Shown here one piece after another: positions 20,094 to 30,883 of a DNA stretch of 64,000 bases. The notes beneath the pieces were generated by a model. The model was given only the letters and a program-made list of their open reading frames with translations, made no database searches and was not told where the DNA came from. The translations under genes were made by a program, and so were the position numbers. Numbering within the stretch: position 1 is the stretch's first letter; the number at the start of each line of letters is the position of its first letter. Source of the stretch: Candidatus Bathyarchaeia archaeon (GTDB taxonomy: Archaea; Thermoproteota; Bathyarchaeia; 40CM-2-53-6). The stretch lies in contig JBEKFP010000002.1 in assembly GCA_050013255.1 (NCBI GenBank), positions 288,001-352,000 of the forward strand, read 5' to 3'.

Positions 20094-20382
20094 GATGTAC
20101 CGCCCTAGTTTGTACCGGTTTCCAGAGAATATATGGCTTTGGCTGAACGGAGATTACTTACCATTTTTTTTACCAATTTCTTACCAATTTTAGGTATGAT
20201 CGTCCAGTTGTTCCTTCCCCTAACCCGCATTTCTTGACTGCCAACCCTGGCTAGATTTTGACAGCTAAGTATCGAGGGGAGGCCCGCGGATTGTGTTTCG
20301 CGTTCCAAACAGTTTTGTCTTACTGTGTTGAGCATGGTTAATTTTGTGGGTCATGTTTTCCCAATAGGTGAGGCGTTGGCCT

Positions 20383-21426
20383 TTGGGTTTCAACCTTTCC
20401 CCGCTCGTTGTTAAGCGGCAGCTGAGGTTGGATGACCTGAAGGGTCGGAGTCTCGCCGTTGACGCCAACAATATGCTCTACCAATTCCTTGCGCTGATTC
20501 GTATGCGGGATGGGAGGCCGTTCACTGACTCGAAGGGACACGTTACCTCGCACTTGGTTGGTTTGCTTCTTCGCACCACTCGTCTGATGGCGGATTATGG
20601 GATACGGCCAGTGTTTGTTTTCGACGGCAAGCCACCCGCGCTGAAGATGCGAACTCTGGAGGCGAGGCGTCAGTATAGGGAGAAGGCGCGGAAGGAGTGG
20701 GAGGTTGCAGTGCAATCCGGCGACTTCTCATCAGCCTGGTCAAAAGCAACAAGAATGAACTCGTTGACCCAACCAATGCAAGAGGATACTAGGAAAATGC
20801 TGGGCCTTCTCGGCGTTCCTTACGTTCAAGCGCCGGAAGAAGGTGAAGCCCAAGCAGCTCACATGGCGGGGAGGCGGGATGTTTGGGCGGCCAACAGCAG
20901 GGACTATGATTCCGTCCTCTTTGGCTCACCGCGACTTGTACGCTACGTGACGATATCTGGGCAGGAATTCTTGCCGAGCAAAGGAATCGGCCGCCCACTT
21001 ATCCCAGAATTAATCGAACTTCAACAGCTCTTGACGGCGCTTGGAATAAGCCGAGAGCAACTGATTGACCTAGCCATCCTAGTGGGAACAGACTTCAATC
21101 AAGGAATTCATGGGGTCGGACCCAAGACAGCCTTGAAACTCATCAAGGAACACGTAAAACTGGAGGAGTTGCCGGAGCGATTCAAGAGTCAGCTACCGGA
21201 TAACATTCAGGAGTTACGCACAATCTTCCTCAAACCCACCGTAACTAAAGATTACGAGATTCGATTCAAGGGACTGGACGAGAGAGGTCTTCGAAAGTTT
21301 CTCTGCGAAGAACGGGGGTTTTCGACGGGCAGAGTCGACCTTGCAATTGTCCGGATGCAGGAATTTTACGCCCGAGACCGATCAACTCTCCAAAGCTGGC
21401 TAGGCGGCGATCGAGGAGGGAATTAG
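20383..21426 (+). CDS. fen: Flap endonuclease 1
   Basis: AVDANN.LYQFL, FVFDGKPP, EGEAQAA, DYDS.LFG, GTDFN.G..GVGPKTA, C-terminal PIP-like TLQSWL. Confidence 0.96.
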   Translation: MGFNLSPLVVKRQLRLDDLKGRSLAVDANNMLYQFLALIRMRDGRPFTDSKGHVTSHLVGLLLRTTRLMADYGIRPVFVFDGKPPALKMRTLEARRQYREKARKEWEVAVQSGDFSSAWSKATRMNSLTQPMQEDTRKMLGLLGVPYVQAPEEGEAQAAHMAGRRDVWAANSRDYDSVLFGSPRLVRYVTISGQEFLPSKGIGRPLIPELIELQQLLTALGISREQLIDLAILVGTDFNQGIHGVGPKTALKLIKEHVKLEELPERFKSQLPDNIQELRTIFLKPTVTKDYEIRFKGLDERGLRKFLCEERGFSTGRVDLAIVRMQEFYARDRSTLQSWLGGDRGGN

Positions 21427-23025
21427 TTGGGGACGGAGACTTCCTTCAATCAGTTTACGGAGGTCTGCAAAGCGTTGGAGTCGACGACGAAGAGGACCGA
21501 GAAGGTGCTTTACTTAGTCAAGTTCCTAAAATCTCTAAGCCGCGAAGAATTGGCGCCAGCCGTGTCTTTCATCGTAGGCCGGCCCTTTCAGGAGTCCGAT
21601 GAACGAGTACTCGATATCGGAGGACGAACGCTTTGGAAAATCAACCGCGGAAGCGGCCAGGCCGCCCTGGTTCCGAAAGCTGTGACGATACTCGAAGTTT
21701 ACAGAACCTTCGAGAAGGTGGCGACCGCAACTGGGCCGGGTTCGCGGCAAAAAAAAGAGATGCTAATTGGCACGATGTTAAGCCGGCTTCCTAACACAGA
21801 CGCCGAGTATTTGATGCGAATCATATTCGGAGAGATGCGCATAGGCGCCGTTGAGGGCGTTGTCTTGGACGCTATAGCGCAAGCCGCATCCACTAACCCT
21901 GACCAAGTTCGAAGGGCGAACATGCTCATGGGCAACATAGCCCAGGTTGCAGAATTGGCGCTCACAAAAGGCCCTGAAGCAATCGACAAAGTTGGCGTCA
22001 CCCTGTTCGTTCCCATCAAACCCATGCTAGCCGAAATGGCGGAAGGTATCGACGAAGTCTTCAAAGAACACGGACGCACTAGCGCCTTTGAATTCAAGTA
22101 TGACGGCGCCCGCGTACAAATCCACCGCAAAGCAGACGCGATTCGAATTTTCAGCAGAAGGCTAACCGACGTCACAGGGAGCCTGCCGGACATAGTCGAG
22201 CTTGCAAGGGAACGAGTTCGCAGCCAGGAGTTCCTCATTGAAGGTGAAGTTGTTGCAATCGGCCAGAACCAGAAGCCCCTCCCCTTTCAGGATTTAATGC
22301 GGCGGTTCAGACGCGTACACGAAGTTGACGTGATGCTGGAGGAAATCCCGTTGAAACTCTTCCTATTCGACGTCATCTATCTTGACGGAAACCTCATGAT
22401 CGATACCCCTTACGAGAAGAGGTGGGACATACTCCGAGGCATAGTCGATGAGGAACTACTCGCAACAAGGATTGTTACCGAAGACTTGGGTGAGGCCGAG
22501 AAGCTTATGCGAGCTTCAATTGAGGCTGGCCATGAGGGCCTGATGGCGAAGGACCTCAAGAGCAACTACACGCCTGGGGTCAGGGGTAAAAAGTGGTTCA
22601 AGATCAAATCTGCCGAAACGCTAGATGTTGTCATTGTGGCTGCGGATTGGGGTTCGGGGCGGAGGCGGGGCTGGTTGAGTAATTACCATCTCGCCGTTCG
22701 GGACGAGGCGTCGGGAGAGTTTCTAGTGGTCGGCAAGACCTTCAAAGGCCTCACCGACGAAGAATTCGTTGACATTACGAAGAGATTGCAAGCGTTGAAG
22801 ACTCGGGAAACAGACTACACGGTGCATGTCAAGCCGTCGATTGTCGTTGAAGTGGCCTTCAACGAGATTCAACGAAGCCCACACTACAAATCCGGCTTCG
22901 CACTTCGCTTTGCCAGAATCCAACGTTTCAGGGAAGATAAACGGGTTGGGGATGCGGATTCGCTTCAGAGGCTATCGAAGCTCTACCAGGACCAGTTCAG
23001 GTTCAAAGCTACCGCCGACTTCTGA
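21427..23025 (+). CDS. lig: ATP-dependent DNA ligase
   Basis: EFKYDGARVQIH, EGEVV, FDVIY, EGLMAK, WFKIK, LRFARI. Confidence 0.95.
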   Translation: MGTETSFNQFTEVCKALESTTKRTEKVLYLVKFLKSLSREELAPAVSFIVGRPFQESDERVLDIGGRTLWKINRGSGQAALVPKAVTILEVYRTFEKVATATGPGSRQKKEMLIGTMLSRLPNTDAEYLMRIIFGEMRIGAVEGVVLDAIAQAASTNPDQVRRANMLMGNIAQVAELALTKGPEAIDKVGVTLFVPIKPMLAEMAEGIDEVFKEHGRTSAFEFKYDGARVQIHRKADAIRIFSRRLTDVTGSLPDIVELARERVRSQEFLIEGEVVAIGQNQKPLPFQDLMRRFRRVHEVDVMLEEIPLKLFLFDVIYLDGNLMIDTPYEKRWDILRGIVDEELLATRIVTEDLGEAEKLMRASIEAGHEGLMAKDLKSNYTPGVRGKKWFKIKSAETLDVVIVAADWGSGRRRGWLSNYHLAVRDEASGEFLVVGKTFKGLTDEEFVDITKRLQALKTRETDYTVHVKPSIVVEVAFNEIQRSPHYKSGFALRFARIQRFREDKRVGDADSLQRLSKLYQDQFRFKATADF

Positions 23026-23098
23026 GGTGTCCCACACCTTACCTTTGGGTGTGGTACAACTAGGGTGTGTTACCCATGAAGATTAGGTGTGAAACAGA

Positions 23099-23782
23099 TT
23101 GAAGGTTGCAGCGTTATTCAGTGGCGGTAAAGACAGCGCATTCGCGCTCTGGTGCACTCAAATGCAAGGCTGGGATGTGGAAAGCCTCGTCACCGTCCTC
23201 CCCGAATCCCAAGAATCCTGGATGTTCCACTTCCCAGGCCTAAAATGGACCAAACTTCAAGCCGAAGCGATCGGCCTACCCCAAACAGTCATCACGACCA
23301 AAGGAGAAAAAGAACAGGAACTGAGCGACCTAACTGCCGGCCTTGACAAACTCAAGAAATCCCTCGGCATTGACACCGTGGTTTCAGGCGCCGTGGCGAG
23401 CGAGTATCAGCGAACTCGAATCGACAACGTGTGCGAGAAACTCGGCCTGAAGAGCATCGCACCACTATGGCATAAGAACCAAGAGCAACTTGTCCGAGAA
23501 CAAATAGAATCCGGGTTTCAGATCATAATAACCGCGTGCAACGCACTCGGACTTGAGGAAAAGTGGTTGGGGAAGAAACTTGAAGCCTCAGACTTAGCCG
23601 AGTTGGTCGCGCTCAGGAAAAAATACGGCCTGAACGTTGCCTTCGAGGGCGGAGAAGCAGAAACCTTCGTCCTAGCCGGACCAATGTTCAAAACGCCTCT
23701 AAACGTCGTTCGGTCCACGGCGCATTGGCGTGGCGACTCGGGCTACTTGGAATTAGAGGAAGTTCAATTGGGTTCGCGGTGA
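23099..23782 (+). CDS. dph6: Diphthine--ammonia ligase (Dph6)/PP-loop ATPase
   Basis: LFSGGKDS, SWMFH, GAVASEYQ, EGGEAETFV. Confidence 0.88.
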   Translation: MKVAALFSGGKDSAFALWCTQMQGWDVESLVTVLPESQESWMFHFPGLKWTKLQAEAIGLPQTVITTKGEKEQELSDLTAGLDKLKKSLGIDTVVSGAVASEYQRTRIDNVCEKLGLKSIAPLWHKNQEQLVREQIESGFQIIITACNALGLEEKWLGKKLEASDLAELVALRKKYGLNVAFEGGEAETFVLAGPMFKTPLNVVRSTAHWRGDSGYLELEEVQLGSR

Positions 23783-23788
23783 AGGTTC

Positions 23789-25099
23789 TCAGTCATGAAC
23801 GAGCTGCGTTGCAAGCTCACGTGTCTTAGCAACGATTTCCTCCACATCAATCGATTTTACCTGTCTATTCTCCATGAGAACATGGCCGTCCACAATCGTG
23901 GTGTCAACGTTTGCGGCGGAGGCTGAGTACACTAGGTCCGAGACAATGGTTTCCTGCCCGTAGACTGGGTTCATGTTAGGCGCCTTTGCATCGACTAGAA
24001 TGATGTCTGCTCTCTTTCCTATTTCTAGGCTGCCGATTTCGCGTTCCACTCCCATGGCCTTCGCCCCTTGAATCGTGGCTAAGTCAAGCACGGTCTGTGC
24101 GTTCAGAACCGTAGGGTCCCACCTGTGCGCCTTATGCAGCAGGGCGCAAACCTTCATCGTTTCAAACATATCCAACGTATTGTTGCTCGCTGCTCCATCA
24201 GTCCCCAATCCGACGGGGACGCCGGCCTCAAACATCTCTGGCAACGGGGCGACTCCGCCGCTTGCGAGTTTCATATTTGAGACAGGGCAGTGCGCAACCC
24301 CGACGCCCGCCTTTGCGAGTAAGCCTACTTCGCGTTTTGTCAGCCAAGCGCAGTGAGCCGCGAGCATCTTCTTAGACAAAGCACCAATCTTGTCCAAGTA
24401 TTCAACGACGCGCATCCCGTGCTGTTGCTGTGAGTCTGCTTGCTCCTTCCGGGTCTCAGCTACGTGGACGTGGTCGATTACGTCGTTTTTCTCCGCAAAT
24501 TCCTTCGCCCATAGCAGAGTCTCAGCGGAGCATGTGTATGGTGAGTGTGGGCCGAGGGCGAAGCTTATTCGCGGGTTTCCGAGGCCTTTGATGTAATCGA
24601 AGAACTTCCTAGTTTTCTCCTGTTCCATTCGCGCTTTCGCGGGATCCATTAGGTCAATGATGCCGTAGGAGAGGAAGCCTCGCAGGCCCGATTTAGCCAC
24701 GGCTCTGGCGACATCGTCCATGTGGAAGTACATGTCCACGAAACTTGTTGTTCCGGATAGGATCATCTCCGCCGAGCCCAATAGGGCACCGTAGTAGCAG
24801 GCTTCGCCAGTCAGCTTAGCTTCGAGGGGCCAAATCTTCTTCTGCAACCAATCCTGGAGCAGCATGTCATCCGCGTACCCCCGAAACATGGTCATCGAAA
24901 GATGGGTATGCGTGTTAATTAGGCCGGGAAGGGCGATTCCCCCACGCCCATCTATTTCAGAATCAGCTGGGCTTTTGAGGTTCTTCCCCATCTGCTTGAT
25001 CTCTCCGTCCTGGATGAAAATGGATGCGTCCCGCAACACCTCGCGTTTCTCATCCTGCGTCACAATCCAGTCGCAGTTCTTGATCAGGAGCGATGGCAT
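23789..25099 (-). CDS. mtaD: MTA/SAH (5'-deoxyadenosine) deaminase, amidohydrolase
   Basis: PGLINTHTH, PHSPYTC, HVHVAET, HCPVSNMKLASG, GTDGAASNN. Confidence 0.88.
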   Translation of the reverse strand: MPSLLIKNCDWIVTQDEKREVLRDASIFIQDGEIKQMGKNLKSPADSEIDGRGGIALPGLINTHTHLSMTMFRGYADDMLLQDWLQKKIWPLEAKLTGEACYYGALLGSAEMILSGTTSFVDMYFHMDDVARAVAKSGLRGFLSYGIIDLMDPAKARMEQEKTRKFFDYIKGLGNPRISFALGPHSPYTCSAETLLWAKEFAEKNDVIDHVHVAETRKEQADSQQQHGMRVVEYLDKIGALSKKMLAAHCAWLTKREVGLLAKAGVGVAHCPVSNMKLASGGVAPLPEMFEAGVPVGLGTDGAASNNTLDMFETMKVCALLHKAHRWDPTVLNAQTVLDLATIQGAKAMGVEREIGSLEIGKRADIILVDAKAPNMNPVYGQETIVSDLVYSASAANVDTTIVDGHVLMENRQVKSIDVEEIVAKTRELATQLVHD

Positions 25100-25146
25100 A
25101 GGCCGTACGGCTGTAGGATTGAGTCGGTCGAGTTAAAAGCCACGCG

Positions 25147-26037
25147 TTAAACGAGCGAAGCTACTGCAAAGCCACATGCCATTAGGGTGATTGTTGAGAG
25201 AATGAAAAGGACGTTTGACCCCAGCGCTGGGACTAAGTCGCGTGTCCGGTTGTAGTTTTCCAAAGTAAGTCGGCCAGCTTTGTACGCTATGGGTAAGCTC
25301 AAGAGCGAAACAAGTACTGGAAATGGCGCGGCACCGACGGCGACAGCAAGTATGATTGAAGCGTAAGTTGCTGCTTGGCCTGTTACGTATAGCCAAGCCG
25401 AGCCTCGTTTTCCCAACAGTATTACAATATGCCGCCTACCCCCAACTCTATCGACTTCTGCGTCCGGGAACTCGTTGAGGAACAGGAGCAACGCGACGAG
25501 AATTGTGATTGGGATCAGTATGGCGATGCCTACGGCGTCGATTAAACCGGTCTGCGTAACGTAAACTCCTAAACCCATGAGCCCGAAACCGGAGCCAGCG
25601 ACAACTTCGCTCACGGCGGGGACGCGAGAAAGAATTGGCGTGTAGAAGACGATTATAATCGCTCCGTAGACAATTAGGGGGAGAAGCACGTTGAATAACC
25701 GTACCAAGAAGTAGACTCCAATCAGGGCAGCACAGATTATGGTGAACAGGCACACCGTAAGTGCTTCCGAGGGTTTCATCATGCCCTTGACGAGTATGTC
25801 GACCCCGCCGCTGAACGGTGTCTTGGGAGTTTTCGCGTCGATTTTGGAGCGGTAGTCGAAGTAATTGTTGAAAGCGTTCACAGACGCGTGCGTCAGCAGA
25901 GCTCCTACCATGACGAGGGCAGCGTCAATCGGAAGGATGCTTCGGTGCGAATAGAAGGCGGCCGCTAGGCCGGCGAGCACGATGACGATGGTTAATGGGA
26001 GGAAGTTTGCTCGAGTTATTGAAACTAGGTTGCCCAA
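25147..26037 (-). CDS. UbiA family prenyltransferase (MenA-like)
   Basis: NNYFDY...D and NEFPD..VD...GR Asp-rich motifs, multi-TM. Confidence 0.85.
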   Translation of the reverse strand: MGNLVSITRANFLPLTIVIVLAGLAAAFYSHRSILPIDAALVMVGALLTHASVNAFNNYFDYRSKIDAKTPKTPFSGGVDILVKGMMKPSEALTVCLFTIICAALIGVYFLVRLFNVLLPLIVYGAIIIVFYTPILSRVPAVSEVVAGSGFGLMGLGVYVTQTGLIDAVGIAILIPITILVALLLFLNEFPDAEVDRVGGRRHIVILLGKRGSAWLYVTGQAATYASIILAVAVGAAPFPVLVSLLSLPIAYKAGRLTLENYNRTRDLVPALGSNVLFILSTITLMACGFAVASLV

Positions 26038-26128
26038 AGGCTGTCTTCCAGCTCGCTACACCCGGAGGCAATCTTAACTGTTTTAACTTACGCGGCTACA
26101 TTCCACGGCCGGAAGGAACGTTTAGCTC

Positions 26129-27370
26129 ATGAGCAAAGTCAAAGATCCATTGTTGGCCCCTCAGGGCCAGTTGAAAATTGAATGGGCACGTACGCATATG
26201 CCCGTTCTCGAGCGGATCCGCACGCGGTTTGAGAAGGAAAAGCCGTTTCGCGGGTTGTCCATCGCGATGTGTATGCACCTAGAAATGAAAACCGCAGTGC
26301 TTGGCCAGACCATGGCTGCTGGTGGAGCTTCGGTCGCAATCACTGGGAGCAACCCACTCTCAACACAAGACGATGTTGCCGCAGCCCTAGCGAACTCAGG
26401 TGTTAACGTGTACGCGTGGCATGGAGTAACGGCCGACGAGCACCGCGAAAACCTGCTTAGAGTTCTCAACCACAAGCCGCACTTGATAATCGATGATGGG
26501 GCCGAGCTTTCCGTGGCAGTTCACACTAACAAGAAGGAGCTGTTCGGGCACGTGATTGGAGCTTGTGAGGAAACCACTACGGGTGTTCACCGGTACAACG
26601 CGTTGGAGAGGGATGGGTTACTCAGGTATCCCGTGATTGCGGTGAACGACGCTTTCACAAAGTACCTGTTCGACAGCCAATACGGAACTGGCCAGTCCGC
26701 TCTGGAAGGAGTGATGCGGGCGACGAACATGCTGATCGCCGGAAAAACCTTGGTCGTTGGTGGCTACGGTTGGGTGGGACGCGGGATCGCCTTGAGGGCG
26801 AAAGGCCTCGGCGCAAAAGTCGTTGTCACTGAAGTTGACCCCGTTAGGGCTTTGGAGGCGGCGATGGAAGGCTACCAAGTAATGCCAATGGACGATGCCG
26901 CTAAGATCGGGGACATATTCATCACAGCTACCGGCGTCAAATCAATCATAACCAAACGACACTTCGACAAAATGAAAGACGGCGCAATCATGGCGAACTC
27001 AGGGCACTATGATGTCGAAATCGAAGTGAAGGAACTCCGCGACACTGCAACCTCAGTACGTCCCGCGAGGCAGCACGTGGAAGAATTCAAAATGAAGGAC
27101 GGTAAGCGGCTCTACCTATTAGCCGAGGGACGCTTGGTGAACCTGGCTGCGGCAGACGGTCACCCAGCCGAAGTCATGGATATGAGCTTCGCAGACCAAG
27201 CACTAGCCGCAGAGCATCTAGTCAAGAACAAGGGCAAGCTGCAACCAAAAGTCTACAGAATGCCACTCGAAATCGACAAAGAAGTCGCCAGAATTTGGCT
27301 TGAAAGCCACGGCCTAAAGATCGACAACCTCACCGGAGAACAAACGAAGTACCTCTCGTCATGGGAGTAA
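26129..27370 (+). CDS. ahcY: Adenosylhomocysteinase
   Basis: [43 protein letters not shown]. Confidence 0.97.
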   Translation: MSKVKDPLLAPQGQLKIEWARTHMPVLERIRTRFEKEKPFRGLSIAMCMHLEMKTAVLGQTMAAGGASVAITGSNPLSTQDDVAAALANSGVNVYAWHGVTADEHRENLLRVLNHKPHLIIDDGAELSVAVHTNKKELFGHVIGACEETTTGVHRYNALERDGLLRYPVIAVNDAFTKYLFDSQYGTGQSALEGVMRATNMLIAGKTLVVGGYGWVGRGIALRAKGLGAKVVVTEVDPVRALEAAMEGYQVMPMDDAAKIGDIFITATGVKSIITKRHFDKMKDGAIMANSGHYDVEIEVKELRDTATSVRPARQHVEEFKMKDGKRLYLLAEGRLVNLAAADGHPAEVMDMSFADQALAAEHLVKNKGKLQPKVYRMPLEIDKEVARIWLESHGLKIDNLTGEQTKYLSSWE

Positions 27371-27372
27371 AC

Positions 27373-27657
27373 TCAACCGAGTATCTTCCTAACGACGTGT
27401 TTCGTCGGAGCATTCAGCATGCGCGCTAGGGACATCAATCGGTCGCTACGTGCGACGATTGTGACGACGGGCGCGCTAAACATATAGTACAACTTCAGAA
27501 AATTCAACGCAAAATCAGACCTTATCTTGCTAATCCGGCGGAAGTCTCTCTGAGCCCATAGTTCAGTCCTCAAGCGCATTTGCGCGTAACCTTCCGCTCG
27601 TGAATTCATCTCGCGCAGCCAACTAACACGCGCCCGCCGACCTTCGTTCAAGGGCAA
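27373..27657 (-). CDS. Small protein resembling a CFI-box-CTERM-like domain
   Basis: RDFRR...FALNFLKLYYMFSAPVVTIVARS..L..LAR pattern; may be a remnant. Confidence 0.35.
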   Translation of the reverse strand: MPLNEGRRARVSWLREMNSRAEGYAQMRLRTELWAQRDFRRISKIRSDFALNFLKLYYMFSAPVVTIVARSDRLMSLARMLNAPTKHVVRKILG

Positions 27658-27681
27658 ACCCTCCGCGTCCTCATGCAGGCT

Positions 27682-28356
27682 TCAAGCAAGTTTTGCTTGC
27701 TTCGTCGAGCTTTGGCCATATCCTGCGTCTAGCAATTCCTGAATCTTCGCCGCTCGGGCGTACCCAATTCCGCCCTTGAGCGCCAATTCTGATCGGGATG
27801 CACGGAAGACATTGCGAACTGAGCCGAATGATTCGAGCAGCTTCTCCCCCATCTTCGGGCCAATTGTTGGTAAACTCCCGAGGAGGGATAATTGCCAGTC
27901 TTTGGTCGTCTCCATCCTGGGTTTCTGGACAATCAAAGGCAAGGCTCCAGCCTTTCCACGGAACCTTCTCACAAGTACCTCCAAAAGGTCGGCGGTTTGT
28001 TCTCGGTCCAATGTGAAGAGGATTTTGAAATCGAAATTCATCGCCAGAGTCAGCAATGTGCCCCAATAGACTCTAGGGTTTTGAAGATCCGCCAACACCT
28101 CCTGAATATCCCCCTCCACGACAAGCAAGTAGTCTTTGTAGGAGCGGGAGATGCGTTGGGCCTGTTCGAACAGCCTGCCTCTGTATAGGGAGGCTATGAA
28201 GTCGTGCACCGTCTTCCTCTCAACCGCATAGGAAGAAACTATGTAATCCCCTATATCGAGGGCTTTCATCTGAACGTACAGGCCTCTCTTCCGCAAGATC
28301 TCCGGGATTCCCGACGCGGCTTCCCGGCTGTCTACTACGATCCTAGCGAATGGCAT
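27682..28356 (-). CDS. xpf: ERCC4/XPF nuclease (short form)
   Basis: IVVDSRE, GDY, VERKT..DF..S...GRLFEQ, C-terminal HhH2. Confidence 0.92.
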   Translation of the reverse strand: MPFARIVVDSREAASGIPEILRKRGLYVQMKALDIGDYIVSSYAVERKTVHDFIASLYRGRLFEQAQRISRSYKDYLLVVEGDIQEVLADLQNPRVYWGTLLTLAMNFDFKILFTLDREQTADLLEVLVRRFRGKAGALPLIVQKPRMETTKDWQLSLLGSLPTIGPKMGEKLLESFGSVRNVFRASRSELALKGGIGYARAAKIQELLDAGYGQSSTKQAKLA

Positions 28357-28389
28357 CTTTGACCCAACCTGTAGAGAATGGGTTGGGGC

Positions 28390-29166
28390 TTAGAAAAGTC
28401 GTGGTATTTGGATGGGGATTACTATGTTCGGCAACGGGACTTTGAAGTATACGTACAGGGCCAAGCCTACGCCCATGAATGTTGCGAGAATAACGAGGTA
28501 ATCCGCTGCCCGCATTTTCAGTGTCACAATAGGGGTTCTTTTTTCAGTCGCACCGAAAGCCCGAGACTCCAAAGCCTCGGCCAGCTCTACGCTTCTCCTG
28601 ATGGCGGAGATTATGAGGGGAATCAGGATTGGGACGTAGTTTCGAATGCGTTTCATGAAATTCCCCTTGTCAAGTTCCAGCCCCCTAGAACGCTGAGCAT
28701 CAACAACGGTTTGGGCGTCCACCGCCATAGTAGGCACTAGTCGCACGGCGGTTGTGAAAGTGAATGAAATTGAGTAGGGCACGTGTATCTGTTCAAGCGC
28801 GAGCCCTAAGTCGTCAGCAGATGTTGTCATGAAGAAGAAGGAGAAAGCGGACATTATCGCGAGGAATCGAATTGCGAAGGCCAACGCAGTTACTATTGGC
28901 GTTAAGAAAATCACGTTCATCACGAATATGAAGACGAACAAGTATAGCCCGCCTCGCAGCGAGCGAAGCCAACGTTTTCCACTCTTGGCCAGAAGAATAC
29001 CTGGGACTTGTGCGAAGAAAATCACTAGTAGCGCAATGATGTTTGTGAACATTAGGGCCGCACCGAAGAAGCCGAGTGTCAGGATGAATTTGGCTCTGGG
29101 GTCAAGCCTGTGAATGGGGCTGTCCATTCTCGTGAACTTGAATCCTTCCACGAACCTCAAAGACAA
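28390..29166 (-). CDS. ecfT: ECF transporter T component
   Basis: SPIHRLDPRAK, AQRSRG, ALESRAF. Confidence 0.92.
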   Translation of the reverse strand: MSLRFVEGFKFTRMDSPIHRLDPRAKFILTLGFFGAALMFTNIIALLVIFFAQVPGILLAKSGKRWLRSLRGGLYLFVFIFVMNVIFLTPIVTALAFAIRFLAIMSAFSFFFMTTSADDLGLALEQIHVPYSISFTFTTAVRLVPTMAVDAQTVVDAQRSRGLELDKGNFMKRIRNYVPILIPLIISAIRRSVELAEALESRAFGATEKRTPIVTLKMRAADYLVILATFMGVGLALYVYFKVPLPNIVIPIQIPRLF

Positions 29167-29173
29167 CCTGCTT

Positions 29174-30022
29174 TCACCGCCTCTGGGCTGGCGCCCGCGT
29201 CTCCAGTTTTCCCTTCAATTTCCCTGAGAGAAACCCTCTGGCAGAATACGCGTCTATAATGTTAGGTGGAGGGTTGAGGTCCTTTAGGTTCTTCATCAGG
29301 GAGGCAATTTGCGGCAAAACTAGGGATGCTTGCTGGACCACTTGTTCGTTCGTTAGGATTTGGGTCGCCGGTCCGTCCGCAATGATTTTTCCTCGAGATA
29401 GCAGAACTACTCGGGGTTTGCATTCCGCCACAAACTCAACATCATGTGTCACTATGACCACGGTCTTTCCTTGGGATATGATTTGAACGATGAAGTTGCG
29501 CAGGTGGTCCTTCTGTAAGTAATCTTGGCCAATGGTCGGTTCATCCATCACCACATGCTTCGGGTCCCAGGCAAGTACCGCGGCTAGGGCAACGCGTTTC
29601 CGTTCTCCGCCGCTAAGAACAAAGGGCGAGGACTTTTCGTACCGGTTCAGGTCCAGGGTGGTGAGTAGGCTGGTAACTCTCTTCTGGATAGTGTCTTCCT
29701 TAAAGCCGAAGTTCCTAAGTGAGAAGGCCAATTCCTCGGCCACGGTCTCAGCGAACAATTGGTGGTCGGGGTTTTGAAATATGAGGCCCACGTCCCTTGA
29801 AAGCTGCGCAACCGATTTCTCCCGTGTGTTAACTCCGTCAACGAGCACGGCTCCTTCCGTGGGTTTTAGGAGGCCGTTGAACATCTTGACCAGCGTTGTC
29901 TTTCCCGCACCGTTCTCTCCCATTATCGCAACGAATTCGCCATCTTTGATCTGTAGGTTGACGTTCTGAAGAACTTCCGATCCGGTCGTGTAGTGGAAGC
30001 TGACGTTTTCGGTTGAAATCAT
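29174..30022 (-). CDS. ecfA2: ECF transporter ATPase
   Basis: GENGAGKT, FQNPDHQLF, LSGGE, DEPT. Confidence 0.92.
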   Translation of the reverse strand: MISTENVSFHYTTGSEVLQNVNLQIKDGEFVAIMGENGAGKTTLVKMFNGLLKPTEGAVLVDGVNTREKSVAQLSRDVGLIFQNPDHQLFAETVAEELAFSLRNFGFKEDTIQKRVTSLLTTLDLNRYEKSSPFVLSGGERKRVALAAVLAWDPKHVVMDEPTIGQDYLQKDHLRNFIVQIISQGKTVVIVTHDVEFVAECKPRVVLLSRGKIIADGPATQILTNEQVVQQASLVLPQIASLMKNLKDLNPPPNIIDAYSARGFLSGKLKGKLETRAPAQRR

Positions 30023-30858
30023 TGGGGTAAAAGCCTCTTTAATTCGACGGTTGCTTCCTCAACCGTGATTGGGTTGTTTACGCCAAACCCGTCCTTTCGC
30101 AGAAGATGGAAAAGCATGGTGACCTTCGGAAGGCCAATTCCGATCAGTCGTGCCTCGTCATTGTAGACTTCCCGAGGTGTTCCGTCCAACGCTATTTTTC
30201 CATTATCCATCACGACGACTCTGTTCGCGTACCTTGACACTACATCAAGCCTGTGCTCGACAAGTAGGGTGGTCAGTTGGAGTTCGCGGCTGAGTTTGGC
30301 TATGATTTCGACGATCTCTTCTGCCGATTTAGGGTCAAGGAAGGAAGTGGGCTCGTCCAGGACAAGCACGCTGGGGCGCATGGCAAGGACGCCTGCGATG
30401 GCGGCGCGTTGTTGTTGGCCTCCTGAAAGTTCGTACGGGGCCTTGTTGCGTAGGTCAAAGATGCCTGTCGCTTTCATCGCCCAATTGACTCTTTCAATAG
30501 CCTCTTCTTTGGCTACGCCTAGGTTCTCCAACCCGAATGCGACGTCCCTCTCAACTGAGAGCGAGAAGAGTTGGTTCTCAGGGTTTTGGAAGACGAACCC
30601 CACGTGAGTTGCCAACTCCGCCGTAGACCGCCCATCAACATTTAGTCCGTCGACTAGCAGGTCGCCCCTCAACTCGCCGGAGTAGAAATTCGGGATTAAT
30701 CCGTTCAGGCATCTGCAGAGCGTTGTTTTGCCGCAGCCGCTTGGGCCTGTGAGGATTACGAAGTCGCCTTTCTCAATTGATAAGTTGACATCTTCCATCG
30801 ACGGCTTTTCGGCGCCCGCATAGGTGAATGAGAGCTTCTTGGCTTCGATTGCCGGCAA
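30019..30858 (-). CDS. ecfA1: ECF transporter ATPase
   Basis: GPSGCGKT, FQNPENQ, LSGGQQQR, DEPT. Confidence 0.92.
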   Translation of the reverse strand: MPAIEAKKLSFTYAGAEKPSMEDVNLSIEKGDFVILTGPSGCGKTTLCRCLNGLIPNFYSGELRGDLLVDGLNVDGRSTAELATHVGFVFQNPENQLFSLSVERDVAFGLENLGVAKEEAIERVNWAMKATGIFDLRNKAPYELSGGQQQRAAIAGVLAMRPSVLVLDEPTSFLDPKSAEEIVEIIAKLSRELQLTTLLVEHRLDVVSRYANRVVVMDNGKIALDGTPREVYNDEARLIGIGLPKVTMLFHLLRKDGFGVNNPITVEEATVELKRLLPQ

Positions 30859-30883
30859 CGGAATAGGCCCCTACTCTTTCATC

